64,000 nt of DNA from Crocinitomicaceae bacterium. GTDB lineage: Bacteria > Bacteroidota > Bacteroidia > Flavobacteriales_D > Crocinitomicaceae. The first letter of the stretch is position 1, and the number at the start of each line of letters is the position of its first letter. The translations under genes and the position numbers were made by a program. The stretch lies in the NCBI GenBank assembly GCA_036825545.1, contig DAISYB010000020.1, positions 11 to 64,010 of the forward strand, given 5' to 3'. The notes beneath the pieces are model-generated. The model ran no database searches and was not told the origin of the DNA. It saw nothing but the letters and a program-made list of their open reading frames with translations. Of the stretch, positions 14,442 through 22,819 are shown in pieces.

Positions 14442-15560
14442 TTAGAATCCAAAGATCTTCTTCAACTCTGCCTCCAAGTCCGGACCTCTCAAATTGGTCT
14501 TGATGATCTTTCCTTCCTGATCGATCAATAGCGTAAATGGAATACCTTTCACACCGTACATTTGAGGAACTTTACTTGACCAATGTCCCAAATCACTCAC
14601 ATGATTCGGCCAAGACAGATTGTCTTTTTCTATTGCTGCCAACCAAGCGGCTTTATCACGGTCCAATGAAACACTCATTACCGTGAATCCGGAATCCTTG
14701 TATTTTTCGTACGTTTTCACCACATTCGGATTTTCCTTACGGCAAGGTCCGCACCAAGATGCCCAAAAATCTATCAATACGACTTGGCCACGCAGATCAG
14801 ACAATTTCATAGTTGTTTTACCGTCAGTCTTCAATTCCTCAAAATCCGGAGCCAATTTACCGGGAGCCAATAGATTCGCCTCTTCCTTTTTCGCTTTTAT
14901 CAGCTTGTAATTTTTTACGATTTCCTTTACAGCAGGTGACTCACCAAATCCGGTATTCAATTGGTTCACAATGGACTCATAGGTAGCAAAATCATTCTCT
15001 ACATCGATCAATTGAACCACAGGAATCAAAGCTGCTGAATTTTGATTTTTCGCAATAAAATTCTGCATGTTCGCTTGAAAATTGTAGTACTCTTGCGTTA
15101 AACTCGCATTAATCTCATCGCGTTTTGACGGATTTGCCTGCATTTCAGCAATGCCATTGTCACGTTTGTGATTCCATAGTGTCATTACCTTAACAAACTC
15201 GTTCATCACCGCACTTTCATCAGAACCAACGATATTTGAATAATTGAACAGGTCTGCACCATCACCATAAATCTTGATGTCCGATTTATTGCGCAAAATC
15301 AAATTGATATGTGATTCACCCAATTTCAATACATAATAATCTGCACTGGGCAAACTCGCATTCATACTGAAATCACCATTCTTTTTGATCGCTGCTTTTT
15401 TGTAGACACGGTAATTGCCCGGACCGAAGTACTGCGCCAGCGTAACAGAATCTTCCTTTGTATTGAAAATATTTCCGGAGATCGTTACATCAATGGACTG
15501 CTGAGCAATCAGCATTGTGCTGAAGATCAAAAAGCTGTAAAGTGATAAAAGTCGTTTCAT
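14442..15560 (-). CDS. TlpA-family thiol:disulfide oxidoreductase with an N-terminal DUF4369-like domain
   Basis: LIDFWASWCGPCRKENP is a thioredoxin-fold CxxC motif. The signal peptide is MKRLLSLYSFLIFSTMLIA. The internal ATG at 15560 is preferred as the start. Confidence 0.8.
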   Translation of the reverse strand: MKRLLSLYSFLIFSTMLIAQQSIDVTISGNIFNTKEDSVTLAQYFGPGNYRVYKKAAIKKNGDFSMNASLPSADYYVLKLGESHINLILRNKSDIKIYGDGADLFNYSNIVGSDESAVMNEFVKVMTLWNHKRDNGIAEMQANPSKRDEINASLTQEYYNFQANMQNFIAKNQNSAALIPVVQLIDVENDFATYESIVNQLNTGFGESPAVKEIVKNYKLIKAKKEEANLLAPGKLAPDFEELKTDGKTTMKLSDLRGQVVLIDFWASWCGPCRKENPNVVKTYEKYKDSGFTVMSVSLDRDKAAWLAAIEKDNLSWPNHVSDLGHWSSKVPQMYGVKGIPFTLLIDQEGKIIKTNLRGPDLEAELKKIFGF

Positions 15561-15596
15561 AGTATTTTCTTTGTATCTGTTTAAGTGCGACAAATT

Positions 15597-16760
15597 TTAT
15601 TTGCCGAGCAGCTCAACCAATTTCTGTTCCAAACTCGCTCCACGTAAACCAGTTTCGATAACATTACCTTCTTTATCCAAAAGAACTGTGTGTGGAATTC
15701 CTGAGAAACCATAAAGTGAAGTCATCGGCGTTTTCCACCCCAATAAATCACTCACATGGTTGGGCCATTCCAAGCCATCCGAAGCAATTGCTCTCTTCCA
15801 CGCTTCAGCATCCTGATCAAGTGAAACCGAATAAATGGTAAATCCACGATCCTTGTATTTCTGGTACAATTTCACCACATTTGGATTCTCCCGACGACAG
15901 GGTCCGCACCACGACGCCCAAAAATCAATCAAAACATATTTTCCTCTTAACGAAGACAACTTAATGACTTTTCCCTGAGGATTCTTCAATGCAATTTCAG
16001 GAGCCAATTTAGATCCAGACTCTTTGGCTAAGTACTGTTCGTAAGCCATTTCAATCTGAAAAACCTGATTCTCCATTGTTGCAGCGATTGGTGAACCCTC
16101 GTACGTTTTCAAATACGCTTCAGCTACTACTTTCAAAACGTCAAGGTACTCCGGATTCCAATATTTGAATCCTGTATTGGGAGAAAGTGTGGTTGACAAA
16201 ACGATGTTGAAAGGGTTCTCCGGGCTCTTTTTCATGCTTGCCACTGCGAAATCATCCACCGGTTTTTTTAGCTCGTGGTAACGCTTCACCACCTCTTCTT
16301 CTGAGGCTGTTTTCTGTAATTCGCTTAACTCACCTTGAGAAGAGGCAAAAACACTGTACAAGCGCATGTACTCATTCATGACTCCTGCCCATTTTGTTCC
16401 ACCAACATTGGGACGCATGGAAAAATCAGCAAAGCTACTCTTCACTGTGATTTTGTCATCCGGAACGATGGTCAATGGAATGGCTTTATCCGCAGATGCA
16501 CCTATTCTCAATTGATACAAGCCCATTCCAGGAACATTTCCCGATAAACTGAAAGATCCGCTATTATCTGTTTTACCCTTGACAACTTCAATCGTTCCCT
16601 GTGCACTCAGTGCCTCAACAAAAACATCCATATTGTCAGCTCCTTCGACTTGCCCACTTATCGTAAAGTTATCATCCGGATCCATTTTCACTTCGTTATC
16701 ATCTGCACCACAAGATACCAGTAAAACGACCAATAAAAGTTGTAAAGCGTATTTCATCAT
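15597..16760 (-). CDS. TlpA-family thiol:disulfide oxidoreductase lipoprotein (paralogue of the preceding gene)
   Basis: LIDFWASWCGPCRRENPNVVKLYQKYKDRGFT is nearly identical to the equivalent block in the neighbouring gene. The lipobox is LLVSC. Confidence 0.8.
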   Translation of the reverse strand: MMKYALQLLLVVLLVSCGADDNEVKMDPDDNFTISGQVEGADNMDVFVEALSAQGTIEVVKGKTDNSGSFSLSGNVPGMGLYQLRIGASADKAIPLTIVPDDKITVKSSFADFSMRPNVGGTKWAGVMNEYMRLYSVFASSQGELSELQKTASEEEVVKRYHELKKPVDDFAVASMKKSPENPFNIVLSTTLSPNTGFKYWNPEYLDVLKVVAEAYLKTYEGSPIAATMENQVFQIEMAYEQYLAKESGSKLAPEIALKNPQGKVIKLSSLRGKYVLIDFWASWCGPCRRENPNVVKLYQKYKDRGFTIYSVSLDQDAEAWKRAIASDGLEWPNHVSDLLGWKTPMTSLYGFSGIPHTVLLDKEGNVIETGLRGASLEQKLVELLGK

Positions 16761-18217
16761 AATGCATCTAATGTATTGCGCAATAATGCGTTGGCTACCT
16801 TTGGATCTGCTTTTCCACCGGAAACACGCATTAACTGTCCCATAAAGAACCCTGTTAATTGTTTCTCACCGTTCTTATAACGTTCAACTTCCGCAGGATG
16901 TTGCCTGATCACCTCCTGAATGAATGCCAAAACAGCATCTTCATTGGAATCCTGAATCAGATTTAATTTTTCCGCGATATGTAATGGAGATTTATCCAAT
17001 TCTGTCAACATCGCAGGAAAGATCTTTTGTGAAGCAACAGAAGTCGAAACTTTTCCTTCATCGATTAAGTTGATCAATTCTGCTAAACGCTCGTCGCTGA
17101 TCGGAAAATCTTCGATCTCAACACCGTACTCATTCAAGTAAGACTTCACATCTCCCATGATCCAGTTCGCCGCAGCTTTGTAGTTGCGTGTATGGAGGAT
17201 GACATCCTCATAAAACAATGCAATTCCTTTGTTATCCGTTAAGTTGTAGGCGTCATACGCAGACAAACCTAATTCTTCCGTGTATTTCTTGAACAATTCT
17301 CTCGGCAAAGCAGGCATTTCAGTGCGAATCAGTTCGATTTGCTTTTCCTCCACGATCAATGGCAAAAGATCCGGTTCTGGAAAATAGCGGTAATCGTTAG
17401 CTGCTTCCTTCGAACGCATCGAAATAGTAATCCCTTTTAATGCGTCGAACGAACGTGTTTCCTGACTGATCGTTTCTCCATTTTCAAGACATTCAATCTG
17501 ACGGTTAACTTCAAATTCGATCGCACGTTGTACATTTCGAATGGAATTCATGTTCTTTACTTCGACCTTCGTCCCGAATTCGGATGTACCTTTCAAACGC
17601 ACCGAGATATTTGCATCACAACGCAGGGAACCTTCCTCCATGTTTCCGTCACAAATATCCAGATAACGTACCAATTTACGGACTTCTGTCAGGTAGTTAT
17701 ACGCTTCCTGTGAACTGCGCATATCAGGTTCTGAAACAATCTCCAAAAGTGGAACACCAGCTCGATTCAAGTCCACCAATGTGTCGTAAACATCAACATC
17801 GTGAATACTTTTACCGGCATCCTCCTCCATATGAATTCTGGTGATTCCTACTGCCTTCTCTCCGTCTTCATCCGTTTTAATGTAAATAGCTCCGCCGATA
17901 CAAATTGGGGTAGTATCTTGCGTGATCTGATACCCTTTTGGAAGATCAGGATAGAAATAATTCTTGCGTGCAAAATGTTGCTCACGTGCAATCGTGCTTC
18001 CACATGCAAGACCAAGTTTGATAGCAAATTCAACTGTACGTTTATTCATCACCGGCAATGTTCCGGGATGCCCCAAAGTGACCACGCTCACGTTGGAATT
18101 CGGTTGAGATCCGTATTCGTTTACATCAGAGGAATAAGCCTTCGAACGCGTCAACATTTGAGCGTGGACTTCTAATCCAATGACTACTTCATATTTATCA
18201 CGAATGGTAGCGTCCAT
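16757..18217 (-). CDS. gatB: Asp-tRNA(Asn)/Glu-tRNA(Gln) amidotransferase subunit B
   Basis: YEVVIGLEVHAQM, NRAGVPLLEIVSEPD, and LRCDANISV, plus the C-terminal GatB/YqeY domain. Confidence 0.95.
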   Translation of the reverse strand: MDATIRDKYEVVIGLEVHAQMLTRSKAYSSDVNEYGSQPNSNVSVVTLGHPGTLPVMNKRTVEFAIKLGLACGSTIAREQHFARKNYFYPDLPKGYQITQDTTPICIGGAIYIKTDEDGEKAVGITRIHMEEDAGKSIHDVDVYDTLVDLNRAGVPLLEIVSEPDMRSSQEAYNYLTEVRKLVRYLDICDGNMEEGSLRCDANISVRLKGTSEFGTKVEVKNMNSIRNVQRAIEFEVNRQIECLENGETISQETRSFDALKGITISMRSKEAANDYRYFPEPDLLPLIVEEKQIELIRTEMPALPRELFKKYTEELGLSAYDAYNLTDNKGIALFYEDVILHTRNYKAAANWIMGDVKSYLNEYGVEIEDFPISDERLAELINLIDEGKVSTSVASQKIFPAMLTELDKSPLHIAEKLNLIQDSNEDAVLAFIQEVIRQHPAEVERYKNGEKQLTGFFMGQLMRVSGGKADPKVANALLRNTLDAL

Positions 18218-19029
18218 TAAATTCGAGAGATTAATTCTTTCATGATCAATGTCATTTTCGGCTCTTGGCGACTTGCCACCTCAATAACATCTTGTACACT
18301 TACTTCTTTGATCTTTCCCGGTACACCAAGGTCAGTAATGATTGAAATTGCGAAACAAGGGATAGACATGTGTCGGGCAACGATCACTTCTGGTACTGTA
18401 GACATTCCAACTGCATCAGCTCCGATAGCCCGTACGTACCCATATTCTGCAGGAGTCTCCAGCGTTGGACCAGTCAAACCTGCGTATGTTCCCACAGCCA
18501 CACGAATGTTATTCTCTTTAGCGATTTCCTTCGCCAATTCAATCATAGCCGGGTCATAAGGGACACTCATATCCGGGAAGCGCGGTCCTAATTCATCAAT
18601 ATTCTTTCCAATTAGCGGGTGAGCCGGGAACAAATTAATGTGGTCATTCTGGATCATGATCTCCCCCACTTCAAAGTCCGGATTTACACCTCCTGAAGCA
18701 TTTGAAACGAACAAACGCTCAATGCCTAACAACTTCATCACACGCACAGGAAACGTTACCTGTTGCATTGAATAACCTTCATAAAAATGGAAACGTCCCT
18801 GCATAGCAACAACTTTCTTCCCTCCCAATTCACCAAAGATCAATTTTCCCGAGTGACTTTCTACTGTTGAAACAGGAAAATGCGGAATCTGATCATACGG
18901 AATTTCATCGATCACTTTGATCTCTTTCACCAAACCACCTAGTCCTGTACCTAAAATAATTCCTATCGTAGGTTCAATGTTCGTTTTTGTTCTGATGAAC
19001 GCTACTGATTCTTTAAATTGTTCCAACAT
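18217..19029 (-). CDS. Purine nucleoside phosphorylase (trimeric PNP family)
   Basis: GIILGTGLG, MQGRFHFYEGY, SNASGG, and VGMSTVPE. Confidence 0.85.
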   Translation of the reverse strand: MLEQFKESVAFIRTKTNIEPTIGIILGTGLGGLVKEIKVIDEIPYDQIPHFPVSTVESHSGKLIFGELGGKKVVAMQGRFHFYEGYSMQQVTFPVRVMKLLGIERLFVSNASGGVNPDFEVGEIMIQNDHINLFPAHPLIGKNIDELGPRFPDMSVPYDPAMIELAKEIAKENNIRVAVGTYAGLTGPTLETPAEYGYVRAIGADAVGMSTVPEVIVARHMSIPCFAISIITDLGVPGKIKEVSVQDVIEVASRQEPKMTLIMKELISRI

Positions 19030-20044
19030 ATTGATCTATAATTGATTTAAACTTTTCACTTTCGTCAATCTGAATGCTGATCGGCAGATAAAACCAAGGA
19101 TACTTATCCAATTCTCCTTTCGATCTGTTTTGACTTAATCTGACAAAGTCCTTTTCTGTTGTCAAAATAGCCGCATTACTGTGTGCAAAAGTATCAAATT
19201 TTCGGTGAATTGCTTCTATATCTGAGTCCTTGAAATCATGATGATCAGCAAATGTAAGATGCTCGATTTCCGCCATAGTTGAAACATAACGAATCATCAG
19301 TTCTGGATTAGCAATTCCGGTCACAACAAGCACTTGTTTCGGTGAATTCCAATAACTTCCTTTGAAACCAAGAGGTTGACCGTAAACGATTCTCGAGAAA
19401 AAAACAGGTTTCTCATTTATGTTTAAACGTAAGCGAAAATCTTCTTTTTCTTGCAAAGTCAGCACTGTTGGACATTTAGTAACGATCACTAGATCTGCAC
19501 GCTTTTTATTGTGCGAAAACTCGCGCAAGTTGCCTGTTGGAAGAACCTGATCGTTGAAAAAAGGCTTTTGATATTCCGTCAATAAAATCGATAAACCACA
19601 ACGTACTGCTCGGTGCTGAAAAGCGTCATCCAAGAGGAAAAGTGAAACCGAGTCCTCTTCATGGAGTACACGTTTTACAACTTCACTACGCCGTTCTCCA
19701 ACGGCGACCAATACTTTATCCCCAAATCTTTTCTTGTAAAAAAGAGGTTCATCGCCCACTTCTTCAGATTGATCATTCACTTGAACCCATCTGAATCCTT
19801 TGGTTTTTCGTCCGTATCCACGACTTACAATACACACTTTGTGTTGTTCTTTTAGATAGTCGGCTAAAAAGTGTACGTGTGGCGTTTTACCTGTACCACC
19901 GGTTGACAAGTTACCGACTAAAATTGAAGGTACCGGAATCGAATAAACAGAAAAGATTTCTCTGTTGTAACACCAATTTCTCACTTCTACTATGAAACCA
20001 TAGAGCAGAGAAAATGGAAGCAGTATCCAGCGCAAAACGAGCAT
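19013..20044 (-). CDS. lpxK: Tetraacyldisaccharide 4'-kinase
   Basis: P-loop VGNLSTGGTGKTP, then SRGYGRK and LLDDAFQH. Confidence 0.85.
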   Translation of the reverse strand: MLVLRWILLPFSLLYGFIVEVRNWCYNREIFSVYSIPVPSILVGNLSTGGTGKTPHVHFLADYLKEQHKVCIVSRGYGRKTKGFRWVQVNDQSEEVGDEPLFYKKRFGDKVLVAVGERRSEVVKRVLHEEDSVSLFLLDDAFQHRAVRCGLSILLTEYQKPFFNDQVLPTGNLREFSHNKKRADLVIVTKCPTVLTLQEKEDFRLRLNINEKPVFFSRIVYGQPLGFKGSYWNSPKQVLVVTGIANPELMIRYVSTMAEIEHLTFADHHDFKDSDIEAIHRKFDTFAHSNAAILTTEKDFVRLSQNRSKGELDKYPWFYLPISIQIDESEKFKSIIDQYVGTI

Positions 20045-20069
20045 GGATCAAAAATAGCTAAAATTGGGG

Positions 20070-20726
20070 CTATTGGGCTGAATAATCAGAGAATTGCTGA
20101 TCACCTGCGAAATAATAAATTCGCACCTGAGCTGTATCATTGAGAAAATCAATCTTTCCAATTTCGACACGATTTATCTTCAATCCGGTTCTGACTTCTA
20201 AATCAGCCTTCATTTCTTCATAACGATCAGGAACGATCAGATCAATTCGCTCATAGTTTATCGTTTTTCGTGTCTCGTGCTTGATCAGCCACAGGTATTC
20301 TAAAACGAAGATCATCAGAATCAGTGATCCATTTATTATTCCTATTTCTGCAATACTCATCATGGATGAGGAAAGTGAATTTACCACACTCGCCCCTATC
20401 ACCACAAAAAGATAAGTCATCTCCTTGATCTCAATGGCATCTGTACGATAACGTATGATTCCGAAAATGGCAAACAACCCAAGTCCCAAACCAATATCAA
20501 TATCTAATTTCTTCAGCCCAAAACATAAAAAGAAGGTTACCATACCAATTAGATAGTAGGTAAACAAGTAGTCTTTTCGCTTCGTCTTTGGATAATAGAG
20601 TAATCGAATTACAATTGTTAGAAAAACAAGATGAAACAGTGAACGCCATCCGAGTAGTTCCACATCCTGACTAAACCAGATCATCTGGTTATTTTGAGTT
20701 GCTGTTAAAAGAAAATTATGCAGCAT
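20070..20726 (-). CDS. DUF4956-like membrane protein
   Basis: Multi-pass hydrophobic N-terminal half plus a soluble C-terminal domain. It overlaps and follows a VTC-domain gene, which is a known pairing. Confidence 0.55.
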   Translation of the reverse strand: MLHNFLLTATQNNQMIWFSQDVELLGWRSLFHLVFLTIVIRLLYYPKTKRKDYLFTYYLIGMVTFFLCFGLKKLDIDIGLGLGLFAIFGIIRYRTDAIEIKEMTYLFVVIGASVVNSLSSSMMSIAEIGIINGSLILMIFVLEYLWLIKHETRKTINYERIDLIVPDRYEEMKADLEVRTGLKINRVEIGKIDFLNDTAQVRIYYFAGDQQFSDYSAQ

Positions 20727-21486
20727 TAGATTCCAGTTTACTAATTTTTAGAATTTTCGATTTAAAACGATTGAATTTCAATCCCTTATCTTTGTGCAAT
20801 CGCATAACACCGAGACAATACTTGCTGACGCGTAAAGGACGAATCATTCCTTCTTTCATGAGCCTATAAAACATAGCGTTTCGGTTCACTTTTTCTTGTT
20901 TCAATTCAGCGATAACAAGTCCTTCAAAACGGGATTCCTTGTCTTGCCAATTGTAAACAAGATCAAAATCAAAAGTGAGTCGCTCCGCCCCGTTGTTACT
21001 CACAAGGGTTATCCGGTTATACCTGTTTTGTAATACAGGTGCAATTGACTTATTGGATTTCAGCAGGGAAGAAACAAATTCCTTCTCCTCTTGGTCCTGA
21101 AGATCAAAAGTTCCCTTCGCAGGAATTCTCTTTTTAACGGTATGTCCTTTGATACGCTCCTTCACTTCAAGGTAGGAAGTACCCACATCAACATAACTGC
21201 GGTAGCGCACTTTGAAACGATGCGTTTTGCCCGCATGATGATCATTAAAGAAGCTGAATTCAGCATCATCCAGGTAAACACTTTCATAAATAAAACTTCG
21301 CTTGTTATTGATTTCCAAAACCCTGTAATCATCAATAAGCAACGGAAGTATTTGAAGAAATAGTTTTTCAGACAATATAAACTTGGTGTCATAGCGATCC
21401 ATCAACTTAGCCTCGTCCATTTCAGCAAGTGAAACGGATCGAAACATGGAGAGCAGCTTGTCAACCTGAGTATTTAACATGATCAT
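20716..21486 (-). CDS. VTC (polyphosphate polymerase / CYTH-like triphosphate tunnel) domain protein
   Basis: RYDTKFIL, FKVRYRSY, YLEVKERIKG, and VIAELK form the alternating charged beta-strand pattern of CYTH/VTC tunnels. Confidence 0.6.
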   Translation of the reverse strand: MIMLNTQVDKLLSMFRSVSLAEMDEAKLMDRYDTKFILSEKLFLQILPLLIDDYRVLEINNKRSFIYESVYLDDAEFSFFNDHHAGKTHRFKVRYRSYVDVGTSYLEVKERIKGHTVKKRIPAKGTFDLQDQEEKEFVSSLLKSNKSIAPVLQNRYNRITLVSNNGAERLTFDFDLVYNWQDKESRFEGLVIAELKQEKVNRNAMFYRLMKEGMIRPLRVSKYCLGVMRLHKDKGLKFNRFKSKILKISKLESNAA

Positions 21487-21579
21487 TAGCCCAAAGTTAA
21501 TTATTTGTAAATCTCACGCAAGTAAATTGATGAGTTTTGAAATTCCTTTCGTTCAATTTCCCTAATTCACTAGGATACC

Positions 21580-21587
21580 TATCTTTG
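21580..21587 (+). promoter_or_regulatory. Candidate -7 box TATCTTTG, 4 nt upstream of the purT ATG
   Basis: Exact TAnnTTTG match. The ATG is at 21592. Confidence 0.45.
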
Positions 21588-21591
21588 TAAG

Positions 21592-22752
21592 ATGAGAAAA
21601 AAGATCCTTCTTTTGGGTTCAGGTGAACTTGGAAAAGAGTTCGTAATTGCTTGTCAGCGCTACGGACAATACATAATTGCAGTTGATAGTTACGAAGGAG
21701 CGCCCGCGATGCAGGTTGCACATGAATTTGAAGTAATCAACATGTTGGATGGAGATGAGTTGGATCGAATTGTTGCAAAACATCAGCCCGACCTAATTGT
21801 ACCTGAGATCGAAGCTATTCGAACGGAGCGTTTTTTCGATTACGAACAAGAAGGAATTCAAGTCGTTCCAAGTGCGAAAGCAGCGAATTTCACCATGAAC
21901 CGCAAGGCCATTCGTGATTTAGCGGCTATTGAAGTTGGCGTGCGCACAGCTCCTTACAAATATGCTACATCATTTGAAGAGTTGAAGGAAGGTGTTGCTT
22001 ATACCGGTATGCCATGTGTGGTTAAACCACTGATGTCCAGCTCAGGTAAAGGACAATCCGTTATCAAAACGGAAGCTGACATCGAAAAAGCATGGAATTA
22101 CGCAATGGAAGGTTCTCGAGGTGACCTAAAAGAGGTAATCGTTGAAGGATTTATTGATTTTGACTATGAGATCACCTTATTGACTGTAACTCAAAAAAAT
22201 GGTGCTACCCTATTCTGTCCGCCAATTGGACACCGCCAAGAACGAGGAGATTATCAGGAAAGCTGGCAACCACAAGTAATGGATCCTGCGCATTTAGCTG
22301 AAGCTCAAGAAATGGCAGGAAAGGTGACCCAAGCATTAGGTGGAGCCGGAATTTGGGGGGTAGAATTTTTCATCACCAAAGAAGGCGCCTATTTTTCTGA
22401 ATTGTCTCCACGTCCGCATGATACGGGAATGGTCACATTAGCCGGAACTCAAAACTTTTCAGAATTCGAATTGCACGCAAGAGCGATTTTAGGTTTGCCC
22501 ATTCCTGAAATTGAATTGTTGAACAACGGTGCCAGTGCCGTTGTTTTAGCGACTAGTTCAAACGATGCTACACCCGTTTTTACCGGTCTAGAAAAAGCGG
22601 CCAATCACCTGAGATCTGATCTGCGTATTTTTGGAAAACCTTTCACACGGCCTTACAGACGCATGGGTGTAGTCTTGACCTATGGAAAAGAAAATACTAC
22701 AGAATTGGTGGAGCGCGCAAAAAAAATTGCAACAGAAATTGAAGTAAAATAA
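21592..22752 (+). CDS. purT: Formate-dependent phosphoribosylglycinamide formyltransferase (GAR transformylase 2)
   Basis: [12 protein letters not shown], an ATP-grasp core, and PRPHDTG. Confidence 0.9.
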   Translation: MRKKILLLGSGELGKEFVIACQRYGQYIIAVDSYEGAPAMQVAHEFEVINMLDGDELDRIVAKHQPDLIVPEIEAIRTERFFDYEQEGIQVVPSAKAANFTMNRKAIRDLAAIEVGVRTAPYKYATSFEELKEGVAYTGMPCVVKPLMSSSGKGQSVIKTEADIEKAWNYAMEGSRGDLKEVIVEGFIDFDYEITLLTVTQKNGATLFCPPIGHRQERGDYQESWQPQVMDPAHLAEAQEMAGKVTQALGGAGIWGVEFFITKEGAYFSELSPRPHDTGMVTLAGTQNFSEFELHARAILGLPIPEIELLNNGASAVVLATSSNDATPVFTGLEKAANHLRSDLRIFGKPFTRPYRRMGVVLTYGKENTTELVERAKKIATEIEVK

Positions 22753-22819
22753 ACACTTACGCGCTTTTCAAGAATTTGAATTGTTGTAACTTAAATGCAC
22801 ATTTAGAAGGATTCCTGCA

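Noticed and set aside
21497-21721. A 74-aa minus-strand ORF overlapping the purT promoter and start.
   Set aside because: It overlaps the strongly supported purT N-terminus and its -7 box, and it has no motifs.
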